Part shown: piece after piece, positions 38,689 to 57,830 of the stretch
Position numbering within the stretch: position 1 is the stretch's first letter
Layout of the letters: every line of letters starts with the position of its first letter
Made by a program: the position numbers and the translations under genes
The notes under the pieces: model-generated
What the model was told of the DNA's origin: nothing
Seen by the model: only the letters and a program-made list of their open reading frames with translations
The model's database searches: none
From: Burkholderiales bacterium
Lineage (GTDB): Bacteria; Pseudomonadota; Gammaproteobacteria; Burkholderiales; SG8-39
NCBI GenBank assembly: GCA_036274735.1
Contig: DASUFD010000124.1
Span: forward strand, 25,880 to 89,879
DNA: 64,000 nucleotides
Reading direction: 5' to 3'

Positions 38689-39447
38689 TTGATCACGTAT
38701 GAATACCCGCTGAACGAGCGTATCCGCACGCTGCTGCGGCTGGAGGACCTCTTCGAGCGCTCGCGCCACTTCGTCGCGCGGACCGACCCGCACGACCACC
38801 ACATGGCGCTGCTGACCCTGTTCGAGATTCTCGAGGTAGCGAGCCGCGCCGACCTGAAGTCCGACCTGCTGCAGGAGCTCGAGCGCCAGAAGCAGGTGCT
38901 GTTGTCGTTCAAGAACAATCCGGATATCGCCGAGGAAGCGCTCTCGAGCGTGCTGCGCGATATCGAGCAGGCGGCGGCGGCGCTGTTCTCCATGACCGGC
39001 AAGATTGGTCAGTATCTGCGCGAGAACGACTGGCTCATGTCGATCAAGCAGCGCACCGGCATTCCCGGCGGCGCCTGCGAGTTCGACCTCCCCTCGTACC
39101 ACTACTGGCTGCACCGCCCGGCGGAGGAGCGCACGGGCCAGCTCGCCGCCTGGACGAGCCCCCTTTATCCGTTGCGCGACGGCTCGGCGATCATTCTTCG
39201 CATCCTGCGGGAGTCGGGGCGACCCCAGGGCATGAATGCGGCGCAAGGCATGTACCAGCAAATGCTGGGCGGCAAGACCGCCCAGATGCTGCGCTTGCGC
39301 CTCGACCCCGGGCTGCCCTGCGTCCCGGAAATCAGCGCCAATAAGTACGTCCTCAATATCCGCTTCATCTCGCAGCAACCCGAAGACTCGCGCACCCGGA
39401 CGGCCGAGTGGGACGTGCCGTTCGAGCTCACCTTCTGCAATTTATAG
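38689..39447 (+). CDS. zapD: cell division protein ZapD
   Basis: [40 protein letters not shown] start at 38689 likely. Confidence 0.95.
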   Translation: MITYEYPLNERIRTLLRLEDLFERSRHFVARTDPHDHHMALLTLFEILEVASRADLKSDLLQELERQKQVLLSFKNNPDIAEEALSSVLRDIEQAAAALFSMTGKIGQYLRENDWLMSIKQRTGIPGGACEFDLPSYHYWLHRPAEERTGQLAAWTSPLYPLRDGSAIILRILRESGRPQGMNAAQGMYQQMLGGKTAQMLRLRLDPGLPCVPEISANKYVLNIRFISQQPEDSRTRTAEWDVPFELTFCNL

Positions 39448-39449
39448 CG

Positions 39450-39641
39450 GTGCGGCACCCCCCCAAAGTCCCGTGCCCGCGCTGTGGCGAGCGGGCGGCC
39501 TTCTCTCCCGAAAATCCCTGGCGGCCGTTCTGCAGCGAGCGCTGCAAAATGATCGACCTCGGTGCCTGGGCGTCAGAGACCTATCGGGTCCCGGGTGAGG
39601 CCGGCCGCCCGGAGGAAGACGAGCCGCCGGGAGGCTCCTAG
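39450..39641 (+). CDS. yacG: DNA gyrase inhibitor YacG
   Basis: [20 protein letters not shown]. Confidence 0.93.
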   Translation: MRHPPKVPCPRCGERAAFSPENPWRPFCSERCKMIDLGAWASETYRVPGEAGRPEEDEPPGGS

Positions 39642-40540
39642 TCCCAAGCGCCGCGGATCATGGCGATGCCGTGCGCGCCGTGCCGGGAGGCCGTGCCTAA
39701 ATCGCGGGCCCGTAATCCGCCGATAGCATAGACCGGAATGCTCGTACCATGCGCCAGCGCGGCGAATCCATCCCAGCCGAGCGGCGCAAGCCCGCTTTTC
39801 TCCAACACTGGACCGAGGACGGCGAAATCGAGGTCGAGGCGCATGGCCCGCTCGAGCTCCCGGCGCGAGTGGCACGAAGCAGCGGCCAGGCCGGTCGGCG
39901 GCCGCGCTTCGAGTTGCATCAGCTCGGAGGCCGTGAAGTGTCGCCCGTCCGCGGCAGAGCAGGGTTGCTTGGTGAGTACGCGGCATCCATAACGGTGCGC
40001 GAGGCCAACAACCTGCTCGGTGAACAGCTCGCGCTCAACGCGCGCGAGTGCCGGCTCGCGGATCTGCAGCAGCCGGAGCCCGACGCTGAGGCGGCGCTCG
40101 ATGCGTTCGAGCATGCGCGCGACGCCCAGCCGCGCCGCGTCGGTGATGGCGTACTCGCGCGGCAACGTCAGGGCGCAGAGCACCGGGGTATTGGCGGGGA
40201 GCATCGGTGAGACGCGCGGCTCGCCGCCTTTCTGCCAGGCGATCGCCTGATCCTCGCGGGGATGCGGCTCGCCTTGCCACGCTGCCACGCGGAAGAAATT
40301 GAGGCGCACCGTGCCATGAGGGTAGGTATACACGCGGGTGATCCAGGGGTCAGCCGCCTGCACTTCGATGCCGAGCTCCTCGTGCAGCTCACGCCTTAAC
40401 GCCCGCTCGGCGTCCTCGCCCGGCTCGACCTTGCCCCCGGGGAACTCCCAATAGCCGGCGTAGACTTTGCCCGCCGGGCGTTGCGCCAGAAGAAAGCTGC
40501 CATCGGCACGCTGGAGCACCGCGGCCGCGACCTCGATCAC
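39638..40540 (-). CDS. MutT-type Nudix hydrolase fused to a thiamine-phosphate-synthase-like domain
   Basis: Nudix box [22 protein letters not shown]-terminal QIRE, ASCH, PVYAIGG; GTG start at 40540. Confidence 0.9.
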   Translation of the reverse strand: MIEVAAAVLQRADGSFLLAQRPAGKVYAGYWEFPGGKVEPGEDAERALRRELHEELGIEVQAADPWITRVYTYPHGTVRLNFFRVAAWQGEPHPREDQAIAWQKGGEPRVSPMLPANTPVLCALTLPREYAITDAARLGVARMLERIERRLSVGLRLLQIREPALARVERELFTEQVVGLAHRYGCRVLTKQPCSAADGRHFTASELMQLEARPPTGLAAASCHSRRELERAMRLDLDFAVLGPVLEKSGLAPLGWDGFAALAHGTSIPVYAIGGLRARDLGTASRHGAHGIAMIRGAWD

Positions 40541-40541
40541 C

Positions 40542-41423
40542 TTACTTCTTCTTGGAATGGGGTCCGGCCCCCGAGCCGCCCTCGTGGCGACCCGCCCAGT
40601 CACGCGCGAACTGGTAGGCGACGCGTCCACTGCGCGAGCCGCGCTGCAGGGACCACTGCAGAGCTTCCTCCCGCGCCTCGTCCGTCTCCTTCACGCCGAG
40701 CGTCTTCAGCCAATGGCCGACGATCGCAAGGTATTCGTCCTGGTCAAAGGGATAGAAAGTCACCCACAGGCCGAAGCGCTCGGAGAGCGATATCTTCTCC
40801 TCTACCGTCTCTCCCGGGTGGATCTCGTCGCCCACATAGCGAGTTTCGAGGTTCTCCGCCATGTATTCGGGCATGAGATGGCGGCGATTGGAGGTCGCGT
40901 AAATGAGCATGTTCTCCGAAGTGGTGGACACGGAGCCGTCGAGGGCCACTTTGAGCGCGATGTAGCCCTCTTCCGCGCCTTGGAAGCTGAGATCGTCGCA
41001 GAACACGAGGAAGCGCTCCCGTCGCCCGGCGACCTGATCGACGATATTGGGCAGATCCACGAGATCGTTCTTTTCGACTTCAATCAGGCGCAATCCCTGA
41101 CGCGCATACTTATTGAGCAGGCCCTTCACGATCGATGACTTGCCGGTGCCGCGCGCGCCGGTAAGCAGCACGTTGTTCGCCGGGCGTCCCTCTAGGAACT
41201 GGCGCGTGTTCTGCTCGACGCGCTCGATCTGGCGGTCGATGCCGCGAAGATCGGCGAGTCGGATGCGATGCACCTGGCGCACCGGCTGCAACCATCCGGC
41301 AATACCCGGGCGGCCGCTCGCGCGCCAGCGCAAGGCGATGCTCGCCGACCAGTCCGTGGCCGGCGCTGCGGCCGGCAAGAGCTGGTCGAGACGCTTGAGG
41401 ATCTGTTCGAGTTCTTGGCTCAA
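40542..41423 (-). CDS. DUF815-family AAA+ ATP-binding protein
   Basis: NNVLLTGARGTGKSS, FCDDLSF, YATSNRRHL, SLSERFG, RSGRVAYQF. Confidence 0.9.
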   Translation of the reverse strand: MSQELEQILKRLDQLLPAAAPATDWSASIALRWRASGRPGIAGWLQPVRQVHRIRLADLRGIDRQIERVEQNTRQFLEGRPANNVLLTGARGTGKSSIVKGLLNKYARQGLRLIEVEKNDLVDLPNIVDQVAGRRERFLVFCDDLSFQGAEEGYIALKVALDGSVSTTSENMLIYATSNRRHLMPEYMAENLETRYVGDEIHPGETVEEKISLSERFGLWVTFYPFDQDEYLAIVGHWLKTLGVKETDEAREEALQWSLQRGSRSGRVAYQFARDWAGRHEGGSGAGPHSKKK

Positions 41424-41432
41424 AGGAGGTTT

Positions 41433-42637
41433 CTAGCTCCTGTACTCGGCATTGATTTTCACGTAGTCGAAAGAGAGGTCGCAAGTCCAGACCGTGGCGG
41501 AGGCTTTGCCGCGATTCAACACCGCCCGCACCTTGAAGTCCGGCTTCTTCATCGCGCTGGTGGCCGATTCTTCGCGGTAATGCGCGTCGCGCGCTCCGCG
41601 GTGCACAACGCGAACGTCATCGATGTACAGGTCCACGCGTGCTACATCGAGACCCGCCGGCCCCGAATACCCGATGGCGGCGAGGATCCGACCGAGGTTC
41701 GGGTCCGACGCGAAGAACGCTGTCTTCACCAGCGGCGAATGCGCGATGGCGTAGGCGACGCGGCGACATTCGTCCATGCTTCGTCCCCGCGCCACCTCTA
41801 CCGTGACGAATTTCGTCGCGCCCTCGCCGTCCCGGACGATCGCCTGTGCCAGGTGGCGGGCGACATCCGTAAAGCCGGCCTCCAGCCGCAAGAGGTCGCG
41901 CCGGCCCGAGGCGACGGCGCCCTCTCCCGTAGCCAGCAGGACGAAAGCATCGTTGGTCGACGTATCGCCGTCGACCGTGATGCAGTTGAACGTTCGGTCG
42001 GCCACGCGCCGCACCATTCGGCGCAATATGGCGGGCGCAACCCGAGCGTCCGTGGCGACGAACCCGAGCATCGTGGCCATGTTCGGATGAATCATGCCCG
42101 CACCCTTGGCGATGCCGGTGACCGCGGCCGCGCCGGTCGAAAGGCGCAGCCGTCGTGAATAGGCCTTCGGCACGGTATCCGTCGTCATGATCGCCTCGGC
42201 CGCGGAGAGCCAGTCGTCCCGGCTCAGCAAGGCCCTCGGGAGCGCGGCGACGATGCGCTCGGCAGGCAGCGGCTCCATGATCACCCCGGTCGAGAACGGC
42301 AGGATTTGTCCCGGCGCGCAACCAAGATGGCCGGCGAGCGCTCGGCAGACACTCATCGCGTGCTCGACGCCTTGCTCGCCGGTGCCGGCGTTGGCGTTCC
42401 CGGTGTTGATCACCAGCGCCCGCACCTTATTCCGCAGGTGCTTGCGCGCGAGGATAACGGGCGCGGCGCAGAAGCGATTGCGCGTGAACACCCCGGCGGC
42501 CGCCGTTCCCGCCGCGAGGCGCACCACAAGCAAGTCCTTGTGCTGCGCCTTCTTTATCCCCGCCATCGCGACGCCGAGCTCGATGCCGGCGATGGGCAAC
42601 AGCGCGCCGGGGTCCGGCCGCGCAAGATGGACGGCCA

Positions 42638-42638
<1 letters not shown>
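41433..42638 (-). CDS. argJ: bifunctional ornithine acetyltransferase / N-acetylglutamate synthase
   Basis: [44 protein letters not shown]. Confidence 0.97.
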
Positions 42639-45433
<2,795 letters not shown>

Positions 45434-45519
45434 CGGTTGCGGGCCCGCGCGCGCACGGAGCCCGTGCAAGCCCTTGCAAAACGAAGGATTTTATCCGGAA
45501 ACCGGGGAGAAGCGGGCGA

Positions 45520-46461
45520 CTAGCGTGCGCTCGCCGCAAGATGCGGCGTCCGCTTGGTCATCTGCAGGAACTTCATCGGATTCTGCGCGACGCCGTGGAA
45601 GCGCACCTCGAAATGGAGATGCGGGCCGGTGGACCGGCCGGTGCTTCCGGAGAGCGCGATGCGACGGCCGCGCTGGACAATGTCGCCCTCCTTGACGAAG
45701 AGCTTGGAGAGGTGCGCGTAGCGGGTGACGAGGTCGTTGCCGTGGTCGATGTCGACCATGTAGCCGTACTGGGGATGGAAGCCCGCGAACTGCACGACAC
45801 CGGTGGCCGCAGCCCGCACATCGGAGCCGAGCTCGGCAAGAAAATCTATGCCCTCGTGCATGGCGAGCTGGCCGGTGAAGGGGTCGATACGCCGCCCGAA
45901 GCTCGAGGCGTTGTAGGTGGCGGCGACCGGAAGCATCGTCGGCATCATCTTCTTGCGCAGCGTCTGCTCGAAGAGCTGCGCCTCCAGCACGCTCAGCATG
46001 TCGTTACGGTTCTCGAGCTGCCGGGACAGCGCGACCAGCTTCTCGTTGAACTCGCCCATCGACAGGTTCTGAGGCGGCATGGTGCTCGTCGCGCCGCCGA
46101 GGCCTGGGGAGGAGGAGAACTTGATGTCGCGCACGCCCGCCACGGAGGTCAGCCGCTCGCCGAGAGCATCGAGGCGGGTGAGCTGCGCCTGCATTTCGCC
46201 GAGCTTGACCGCCATGGCGTCAAGGTTCTGCTGCACGAATGCGCGGTTGCGCTCCGCCTCCGCTTCCTGCGCCGCGAGCACGAGCTTCTGGAACGCAGGT
46301 AGCGGCAACTCCACCGCATAGCGCAAGGTGAACCAGTACAGGCCCGCGGCGCCGGCGAGCACCGTGCAGAGCGCCAGCAGTCCTCCCGCCACCAGGTGGC
46401 GCGTCGTCAGCGTTACTGACTTCGCTCTCGCCAACCGGTCGGAGATCAGGATAATCTGCAA
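45520..46461 (-). CDS. M23 family metallopeptidase
   Basis: TTG start (QIILIS) after GGAGG; TM, coiled coil, HEGID, YAHL, STGPHLH. Confidence 0.92.
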   Translation of the reverse strand: MQIILISDRLARAKSVTLTTRHLVAGGLLALCTVLAGAAGLYWFTLRYAVELPLPAFQKLVLAAQEAEAERNRAFVQQNLDAMAVKLGEMQAQLTRLDALGERLTSVAGVRDIKFSSSPGLGGATSTMPPQNLSMGEFNEKLVALSRQLENRNDMLSVLEAQLFEQTLRKKMMPTMLPVAATYNASSFGRRIDPFTGQLAMHEGIDFLAELGSDVRAAATGVVQFAGFHPQYGYMVDIDHGNDLVTRYAHLSKLFVKEGDIVQRGRRIALSGSTGRSTGPHLHFEVRFHGVAQNPMKFLQMTKRTPHLAASAR

Positions 46462-46485
46462 GACGCCTCCCAAAACGCCGTTGTC

Positions 46486-46929
46486 ATGCGACCGCAAAAG
46501 CTCGACCGCATTCTTTCCGCCCAAGGCGAGTTGCAGCCTGTGCTCGCCAAGGCGCGTGAGCTGCGTGCAATCTCCGGCCTCGTTCAACGCTTCTTGTCCG
46601 CCGACCTTGCCCGCGAAGCCCGGGTCGCCAATTTCAGGGACTCCCAGCTCACGCTCGTCGCGACAAGCTCCGCGTGCGCGGCGAAGCTGAAACTGCTCGC
46701 TCCGGCCCTCGGCCGCTTTCTTACCGAGCGGCGCTGGCAGGTTAATTCAGTTTTTGTGAGGGTGCAACCGAGCTCGTCACGCGCCAGCGTGCCGGCGCTG
46801 CACCGCGACGTGCATTTCTCCACATCGGCGCTCGATGCGCTGCGCGAACTGCACGCGTCGATGCGCCCCTCGCCGGCGCGCGACGCGCTCGGCCGCCTGC
46901 TCCGGCGGCGCGAGGTGCGCCAAGGTTAG
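46486..46929 (+). CDS. dciA: DciA (DUF721) family protein
   Basis: Position between lpxC and the M23 gene, on the opposite strand; [15 protein letters not shown] motif. Confidence 0.7.
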   Translation: MRPQKLDRILSAQGELQPVLAKARELRAISGLVQRFLSADLAREARVANFRDSQLTLVATSSACAAKLKLLAPALGRFLTERRWQVNSVFVRVQPSSSRASVPALHRDVHFSTSALDALRELHASMRPSPARDALGRLLRRREVRQG

Positions 46930-47840
46930 CTGTATTGGGCGACCAGCCGGGCAACGCCGGCCGGCGCATCCTCGCTGCGCTGGAAGCTCACCGTTTCGAC
47001 TGCGTCGGGTTGCACGAGCAGGGCGCGCAGAAGCCGGTTGTTGAGGGCGTGCCCGGACTTGTGTGCAGAGAATGCGGCAAGCAGCGGCTTGCCGAGGAGA
47101 TAGAGGTCGCCGATCGCATCGAGCAGCTTGTGGCGGATGAACTCGTCGGTGAAGCGCAGGCCCTCCGCATTAAGGACTCGGTACTCGTCGAGCACCACGG
47201 CATTGTCGAGGCCACCTCCCAGCGCCAGGCCGCTTTCACGAAGCGTCTCGACTTCGTGCATGAAGCCGAACGTGCGCGCGCGGGCGATTTCCTTGAGATA
47301 GGACGTGCGTGCGAAGTCGACTTCCACGCTTTGGGTGGAGCGCTCGATCACGGGGTGCTTGAACTCGATGGAGAAGGAAAGCTTGTAGCCGTCGTATGGG
47401 TCGAGGCGCGCCCACTTGTCGCCATCCTTTACCTCGACGGCGCGCATCACGCGCAGAAAGCACTTGGGCGCCGCCTGCTCTACGATTCCCGCCTGCTGTA
47501 TCAGGAGGACGAACGGAGAGGCGCTGCCGTCCATAATCGGGACTTCGGCGGCATCGAGGTCGATGTAGACGTTGTCGATGCCGAGACCGCCGAGCGCGGA
47601 CATGAGGTGCTCGACGGTATGCACCTTGGCCCCCTCGCGCGTCAGGCAGGACGCGAGGCGCGTATCACTCACCAGCTCGGCGCGAGCCGGAATCTCGACC
47701 GGCGAGGCGAGGTCGATGCGGCGGAACACGACGCCCGTATTCACGGGCGCCGGTCGCAGGCTGATGCGCGCCTTCTGTCCGGTATGGAGGCCGACGCCGG
47801 AAGCGGAGACCAGTTTCTTGAGAGTGCGTTGCCTGAGCAT
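46926..47840 (-). CDS. lpxC: UDP-3-O-acyl-GlcNAc deacetylase
   Basis: [35 protein letters not shown]. Confidence 0.98.
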   Translation of the reverse strand: MLRQRTLKKLVSASGVGLHTGQKARISLRPAPVNTGVVFRRIDLASPVEIPARAELVSDTRLASCLTREGAKVHTVEHLMSALGGLGIDNVYIDLDAAEVPIMDGSASPFVLLIQQAGIVEQAAPKCFLRVMRAVEVKDGDKWARLDPYDGYKLSFSIEFKHPVIERSTQSVEVDFARTSYLKEIARARTFGFMHEVETLRESGLALGGGLDNAVVLDEYRVLNAEGLRFTDEFIRHKLLDAIGDLYLLGKPLLAAFSAHKSGHALNNRLLRALLVQPDAVETVSFQRSEDAPAGVARLVAQYS

Positions 47841-47881
47841 CGAATTCAGTTGTTGCGCTGCACAGTCTAGCAGGATCGTCG

Positions 47882-47916
47882 ACGGGACGCCCCCTGGCAA
47901 GGAGGCGGCGTCCCGT
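47882..47916 (-). terminator. GC-rich hairpin downstream of ftsZ (terminator or stabiliser; no U tract)
   Basis: Perfect 10-bp inverted repeat ACGGGACGCC/GGCGTCCCGT. Confidence 0.5.
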
Positions 47917-47927
47917 GCGGGAGGGTC

Positions 47928-49094
47928 CTAATCCGCCTGCTTCCGCAGGAAGGCCGGAATGTCGTACTTGTCCACACCGCTCTGCTGGAGCGCCTCCACC
48001 GTCGATGCGCGATTACGCCGGATGACGGCCGGTACGGCGTCGAGCTCGTTGTAGTTCACAGGGCCGGGCAGGTTGTCGGTGCCGGTTTTCTGTGCCGAGA
48101 CATTGTTCAGTACGAGCTGCGGCTTCGGCTGACGCGCGGCGCTCGGCGCCCCGAGGCCGGTGGCCACCACCGTGACCCGTAGCTCGTCGGCCAGCGTGTC
48201 GTCGTAGACGCCGCCGTAAATGATGGTCGCGTCGTCGGCCGCGAACGTGCGCACGATGTTCATCACTTCCTTGGTCTCGCGCAGCTTGAGGCTCGCTTTC
48301 GACGCCGTGATATTCACCAGCACGCCGCGAGCGCCGGCGAGGTTGACGCCTTCGAGCAGCGGACACGCGATCGCCTGCTCTGCGGCAATCCGCGCTCGGT
48401 CGATGCCGTTCGCGACCGCCGAGCCCATCATCGCCATCCCCTGCTCGGACATGACCGTGCGCACGTCCTGGAAGTCGACGTTGACCAGGCCGGGATGATT
48501 GATGATCTCCGCGATACCGGCGACGGCGTTGTTCAGGACGTCGTCGGCCGCCCTGAAGGCATCCTCCTGAGTCACGTCCTCGCCGAGCACCTCCTCCAGC
48601 TTGTCGTTGAGGATGACGATGAGCGAGTCGACATGCGGGCCGAGCGCCTCGAGGCCGGCCTCCGCCACCTTCATGCGCTTGGATCCCTCAAAGGTGAAGG
48701 GTTTGGTGACAACCGCGACCGTCAGCACGCCGAGGGAGCGCGCCACCTCGGCGATGACCGGCGCCGCCCCGGTGCCGGTGCCGCCGCCCATGCCCGCGGT
48801 GATGAACACCATGTGCGCGCCGGCGAGGGATTCCTCGATGCGCTCGCGCTCGGCGAGCGCCACCGCGCGCGCTTCCTCGGGCCTTGCGCCCGCGCCGAGG
48901 CCGCTCGTGCCGAGCTGGATCTGATTGCCGGCGCGGTTGCGCGACAGCACCTGGGCGTCGGTATTGACGGCGATGAACTCCACGCCCTGGACGCCCTGCT
49001 CGATCATGTGGTTGACGGCATTGCCGCCGGCGCCGCCGACGCCGATCACCTTGATGATCGGGCCGTTGGCCTGGTTGTCGACGATTTCGAACAT
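47928..49094 (-). CDS. ftsZ: cell division protein FtsZ
   Basis: GVGGAGGNA, GMGGGTGTG, NVDFQD, C-terminal DIPAFLRKQAD. Confidence 0.99.
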   Translation of the reverse strand: MFEIVDNQANGPIIKVIGVGGAGGNAVNHMIEQGVQGVEFIAVNTDAQVLSRNRAGNQIQLGTSGLGAGARPEEARAVALAERERIEESLAGAHMVFITAGMGGGTGTGAAPVIAEVARSLGVLTVAVVTKPFTFEGSKRMKVAEAGLEALGPHVDSLIVILNDKLEEVLGEDVTQEDAFRAADDVLNNAVAGIAEIINHPGLVNVDFQDVRTVMSEQGMAMMGSAVANGIDRARIAAEQAIACPLLEGVNLAGARGVLVNITASKASLKLRETKEVMNIVRTFAADDATIIYGGVYDDTLADELRVTVVATGLGAPSAARQPKPQLVLNNVSAQKTGTDNLPGPVNYNELDAVPAVIRRNRASTVEALQQSGVDKYDIPAFLRKQAD

Positions 49095-49123
49095 GTTGTT
49101 GTCTCCTTGCCTTTGTTGTCACT

Positions 49124-50352
49124 TCAGAAGTTTCTCTGGAACCACTCCCGCATTCGGCCGAGCACGGCGCGCAACGAGCCGGCCTGGCGCGAAAGCTTTC
49201 CCTGCTGCAGCTGCGCGCGACCTTCGAGCAGCAGGCCGACGGCGGTCGCGTAGCGCGGCGTGCGCACCACTTCGGCGAGCGCTCCGGCGTAGCGCGGCAC
49301 GCCGATGCGCACCGGCATATGGAAGATCTCCTCGCCGAGCTCGACCATGCCCTGCATCACCGAGGAGCCGCCGGTGAGGACGATGCCGCTCGACAGCAGC
49401 TCCTCGTAGCCCGAGTCGCGAAGCACCTGCTGCACGAGCGAGTACAGCTCCTCGACGCGCGGCTCGATCACCTCGGCGAGCGTCTGACGCGACATGGTGC
49501 GTGCGCCGCGCTCGCCGATGCCGGGCACCTCGATCATCTGGTGGGGGTCAGCCAGCTGGCGCAGCGCGACGCCATGGCGAATCTTGATTGCCTCGGCATC
49601 CGAGGTCGGCGTGCGCAGCGCCATGGCGATGTCATTGGTGATCTGGTCGCCGGCCACCGGGATCACCGCAGTATGGCGAATCGCGCCTTGCGTGAAGATG
49701 GCGATGTCCGTGGTTCCGCCGCCGATATCGAGCAGGCACACGCCGAGGTCCTTCTCGTCCTCGGCGAGCACGGCGCGCGAGGACGCGAGGGGCTGCAGGA
49801 TCAGGTCGCTCACCTCGATGCCGCAGCGGCGCACGCACTTGATGATGTTCTGTGCCGCAGACACCGCGCCGGTGACGATGTGCACCTTGACCTCGAGGCG
49901 CACGCCCGACATGCCGATCGGCTCGCGCACGTCCTCCTGGCCGTCGATGATGAACTCTTGGCGCAACACATGCAGGATCTGCTGGTCGGTCGGAATGTTG
50001 ACCGCGCGCGCCGTATCGACCGCGCGCTCGACGTCGAGCGCGGTGACCTCGCGCTCCTTGATCGCCACCATCCCGGTCGAGTTGAAGCTGCGAATGTGGC
50101 TGCCGGCGATGCCGACGAACGCCGAAGCGATCTTGCAGTCGGCCATCAGCTCGGCTTCCTCCAGCGCGCGCTGGATCGCTGCCACCGTCGCCTCGATGTT
50201 CACCACCACGCCCTTCTTCAGGCCCTTCGACTCGTGACCGCCCATGCCGAGGACCTCGAGCCGCCCGTCTGCGGCCAGGTCCGCCACCAGGCACGCCACC
50301 TTGGAGGTGCCGATATCGAGGGCGACGACGAGGTTCTTGTTTTCCTTGGCCA

Positions 50353-50353
<1 letters not shown>
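49124..50353 (-). CDS. ftsA: cell division protein FtsA
   Basis: Start MAKENK; LDIGTSK, DIGGGTTD, VLTGG, C-terminal amphipathic WFQRNF. Confidence 0.98.
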
Positions 50354-54238
<3,885 letters not shown>

Positions 54239-54242
<4 letters not shown>

Positions 54243-55306
54243 GCCGCGCTCGCGCGGGCCAATGCCATGCAGCGCGCAGCCACGGTACGTGCGGCTTCGG
54301 GCTTACCGAGCGCGCGCGCCTTCTGCGCCATCGCGAGGAGCGCTGCGCGATCGAGCCCGCCGATCAACGCGGCAAGGCGCTGCGGGGTGAGCTCGTGTTG
54401 CGGCAGCAGGATCGCCGCGTCTCGCTCGGCCAGGAAGCGCGCATTGGCGGTCTGATGGTCATCGACGGCGTGCGGAAAGGGCACGAGGACGCTCGCCATG
54501 CCGGCCGCGGAAAGCTCTGCGATAGTCACTGCGCCCGCGCGGCAGATCACCAGGTCCGCTTCGGCATAGCGGCGCGCCATGTCGTCGATGAAGGCGACCA
54601 GCTCTCCCTCGACGCCCGCGGCGCCGTAGTGCGCACGCAGCGCGGCGAGATGTTTCTCACCCGCCTGGTGCACCACGCGCGGCCTGTCCGCGAGCATCGC
54701 CAGCGCGCGCGGCACGGCTTCGTTCAGCGCCTGCGCGCCGAGGCTACCGCCGACCACGAGCAGCTGCAGCGGCCCCGAGCGGCCCGCGAAGCGCTCCGCC
54801 GGAGGCGCGAGCTGCGCGATTTCACGCCGCACCGGGTTGCCGGTCCATTCCGCGCCCTTGATCGCCCCGGGAAACGCGACCATCACCTTGTCGCAAACGC
54901 CGGCGAGCACGCGATTGGCGAGTCCCGCGATCGCATTCTGCTCGTGCAAGGCAAGCGGGCGGCCGAGAAGCGACGCCATCATGCCGCCGGGAAAGGCGAC
55001 GTAGCCGCCGAGGCCCAGCACCACGTCGGGCTTGAGACGCCGGATATGGCGCGCGCTTTCCCAGAAGGAATAGAGCAGGTTCAGCGGCAGGACGAGCTTC
55101 TGCACGAGACCCTTGCCACGCGCCGCGCGCGCGCGGATCCATGTCGCTGGAATGCCGCGCGGGGGAACCAGGCGCTCCTCCATGCCGCCGCGCGCGCCCA
55201 TCCACACCACCTGCCATCCGGCGGCGCGCGCTTCCTCGGCAACCGCGAGCCCCGGAAAGATATGCCCGCCGGTCCCGCCCGCCATGATCATCAGCGTGCG
55301 GCTCAT
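54239..55306 (-). CDS. murG: lipid II GlcNAc transferase
   Basis: [30 protein letters not shown]. Confidence 0.98.
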
Positions 55307-56466
55307 GCGTTCAGCCCTCTCGCCAGCTGGCGGTTCTCCCAGTCGATGCGCAGCAGGATGGCCAGCGCGACGAAGTTGACCACCAGGCCGGAACCGCCGT
55401 AGCTCATGAGCGGCAGCGTGAGCCCCTTGGTGGGCAGCAGCCCCATGTTCACGCCCATGTTGACGAACGCCTGGAAGCCGATCCAGATGCCGATCCCCTG
55501 GGCCACCAGGGCGGCGAAGTGGCGCTCGTGCTGCGCCGCCTGCCGCGCGATGGTGAAGGCGCGCGCGACGATCCAGGCGAAGAGCACGATGACGAGCAGG
55601 ACGCCGACAAGGCCGAGCTCCTCGGCGGTGACGGCGAGGAGAAAGTCGGTATGCGCCTCCGGGAGGTAGTTCAGCTTCTCGACGCTCGCACCGAGGCCCA
55701 CGCCGAGCCACTCACCTCGGCCGAAGGCAATGAGCGCATGGGAAAGCTGGTAGCCGCGGCCGAAAGGGTCGGACCATGGATCCATGTAGCCGAATATGCG
55801 CTGCATGCGATACGGCGAAGAAGCGACGAGCAGAACGAAGCCGGCGGCGAGCATGGCGACGAGGGCAAGGAAATGCCGGCCGTTCATCCCGCCGAGGAAC
55901 AGGATGCCGAAGGCGGTCACGGCGATGACGACGAGCGCACCGAAGTCCGGCTCGCGCAGGAGCAGCCAGGAAGCGAGCAGCATGACCGCGAGCATCGGCA
56001 GCAGGCCGCGCCGAAAGCTTTTCAGCACCGTGTGCTTGCGCACCGTGTAGTCCGCGGCATAGAGCACCACGCCGAGCTTCATCAGCTCGGAGGGCTGCAG
56101 GTTGACGAACGGCAGCGCGAGCCAGCGCCGCGCGCCGTTCACCTCGCGGCCGAGCCCGGGGACGAGCACGGCGACGAGCAGCGCGACAGCGCCGAGAAAA
56201 AGCCAGGGCGCTGCGTGCTGCCACCAGCGCGCCGGAAAGAGAAACACCACCAGCGAGCCGACGAGCGCCACGGCGAGGAAGGCGGCATGGCGAATCAAAA
56301 ACCACGCCGGGTTATGGCCCGCATAGCGTGACGATTCGGCCGTGGCGATCGATGCCGAATACACCATCACCAGGCCGAGCGCCGCCAGTATCAATCCGGC
56401 CCAGGCGAGTGCCCGGTCGTACTCGGCGCTCGGCGCATTGCGCGCGAAGATATAGGTCTGGCTCAT
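55303..56466 (-). CDS. ftsW: cell division SEDS protein FtsW
   Basis: [28 protein letters not shown]. Confidence 0.97.
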   Translation of the reverse strand: MSQTYIFARNAPSAEYDRALAWAGLILAALGLVMVYSASIATAESSRYAGHNPAWFLIRHAAFLAVALVGSLVVFLFPARWWQHAAPWLFLGAVALLVAVLVPGLGREVNGARRWLALPFVNLQPSELMKLGVVLYAADYTVRKHTVLKSFRRGLLPMLAVMLLASWLLLREPDFGALVVIAVTAFGILFLGGMNGRHFLALVAMLAAGFVLLVASSPYRMQRIFGYMDPWSDPFGRGYQLSHALIAFGRGEWLGVGLGASVEKLNYLPEAHTDFLLAVTAEELGLVGVLLVIVLFAWIVARAFTIARQAAQHERHFAALVAQGIGIWIGFQAFVNMGVNMGLLPTKGLTLPLMSYGGSGLVVNFVALAILLRIDWENRQLARGLNA

Positions 56467-57830
56467 GCGAGACCCCGTACCGCTGCCGCGAAGACCTCGC
56501 CGCGCTGCTTGTAGTCGCGAAACATGTCGAAGCTCGCACACGCGGGCGAAAGGAGCACGGCCTCGCCCGGCCGCGCCAGCGCAGCCGCGCGCGCGACCGC
56601 CGCCTCGAGGCTGGGGCAGCGCTCGTGCGCTATCGCGCCGGCAACGCCGGCCAGCGCACGCTCGATGAGCGGAGCATCACGACCGATGAGCAGGACGTGC
56701 GAGGCGCGCTCGCGCACCGGGGCGGCGAGCGGGCCGAAATCCTGCCCCTTGCCCTCGCCGCCGAGAATCAGCACCGCCTTGCGGCCGAGGCCGCGCAGCG
56801 CCGCAATCGTCGCGCCCACGTTGGTTCCCTTCGAATCGTCGTACCAATGGACGCCGCGGCGCACGGCGACGAGCTCGAGGCGGTGAGGCAGGCCTCGGAA
56901 CGAGACCAACGCGTCCTTCATCTGCTGCAGCGGAACACCCAAGGCGGCGACGAGCGCGCATGCGGCGAGCGCATTCGCGGCGTTGTGCATGCCGTGGATC
57001 GGCAGCGCGGAGAGCTCGAGGAACGCTTCGCGGCCGCGCACCAAAGCACCGGCGGCGATGCCGAAATCGCCGGGTGCGGTCGGCGCATCGAGGCCGAAGG
57101 TAACCAGCTTGCGGTCGGGTAGCGCCATCGCGAGCGATCGCGAATCGTCGCGGTTCAGCACCTGAACGGCCGCGCCAAGGAAGATCCGCGCCTTCGCCGC
57201 TTGGTACTCCTCGATCCCGGCGTAGCGGTCGAGGTGGTCTTCCGAAAGGTTGAGCATCGCCGCCGCGCACGGCGCGAGCGACCACGTGGTCTCGAGCTGG
57301 TAGCTCGAAAGCTCGAGCACCCAGGCGGCGGGCGGCGCCGCGCGGCGGATCAGCGCGTCGAGGACCGGCGGCGCGATGTTGCCGGCGGCCTGCGCGTCGA
57401 CGCCCGCGCATTTCAGGAGATGGGCCGCGAGCGCGGTGACGGTCGTCTTGCCATTCGTTCCCGTAACCGCAAGCACGGGCGCGCGGTTCTGCCAGGCGAA
57501 GAGCTCCACGTCGCCGACGATCGGGACGCGTCGCTCGAGCGCGGCGCGGCCGATGGCGCTGTCGAGCGGGAGGCCGGGACTGATGCAGAGAAGATCGATG
57601 CCATCGAGCAGCGAGGGGGCGAAAGGTCCGCCGTGGAACTCGCCGTCGAAGTCGGCGCGCCGCGGCGCGTTCGGCCGCGTATCGGCGACGCGCACGATCG
57701 CGCCCGCGCGCCGCGCCCAGCGCGCCACCGACAGACCGGTATCGCCCAGGCCGAGCACGAGCAGCCGCTTGCCGCCGAGCGGCGTCGGCGTGGGCCTCGG
57801 CAGAAGCGAGAAGAGGGGTTCGCGCATCAT
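56463..57830 (-). CDS. murD: UDP-MurNAc-L-Ala--D-glutamate ligase
   Basis: [41 protein letters not shown]. Confidence 0.97.
   Translation of the reverse strand: MMREPLFSLLPRPTPTPLGGKRLLVLGLGDTGLSVARWARRAGAIVRVADTRPNAPRRADFDGEFHGGPFAPSLLDGIDLLCISPGLPLDSAIGRAALERRVPIVGDVELFAWQNRAPVLAVTGTNGKTTVTALAAHLLKCAGVDAQAAGNIAPPVLDALIRRAAPPAAWVLELSSYQLETTWSLAPCAAAMLNLSEDHLDRYAGIEEYQAAKARIFLGAAVQVLNRDDSRSLAMALPDRKLVTFGLDAPTAPGDFGIAAGALVRGREAFLELSALPIHGMHNAANALAACALVAALGVPLQQMKDALVSFRGLPHRLELVAVRRGVHWYDDSKGTNVGATIAALRGLGRKAVLILGGEGKGQDFGPLAAPVRERASHVLLIGRDAPLIERALAGVAGAIAHERCPSLEAAVARAAALARPGEAVLLSPACASFDMFRDYKQRGEVFAAAVRGLA

Noticed and set aside
39638..40540. MutT-ThiE fusion as a novelty
   Set aside because: This fusion next to secA-argJ is already known from Pseudomonas and Betaproteobacteria.
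45434..45480. Short palindromes in the secA leader as a riboswitch or secM-like element
   Set aside because: The stems are only 5-6 bp in GC-rich DNA, with no recognisable RNA family or leader ORF.
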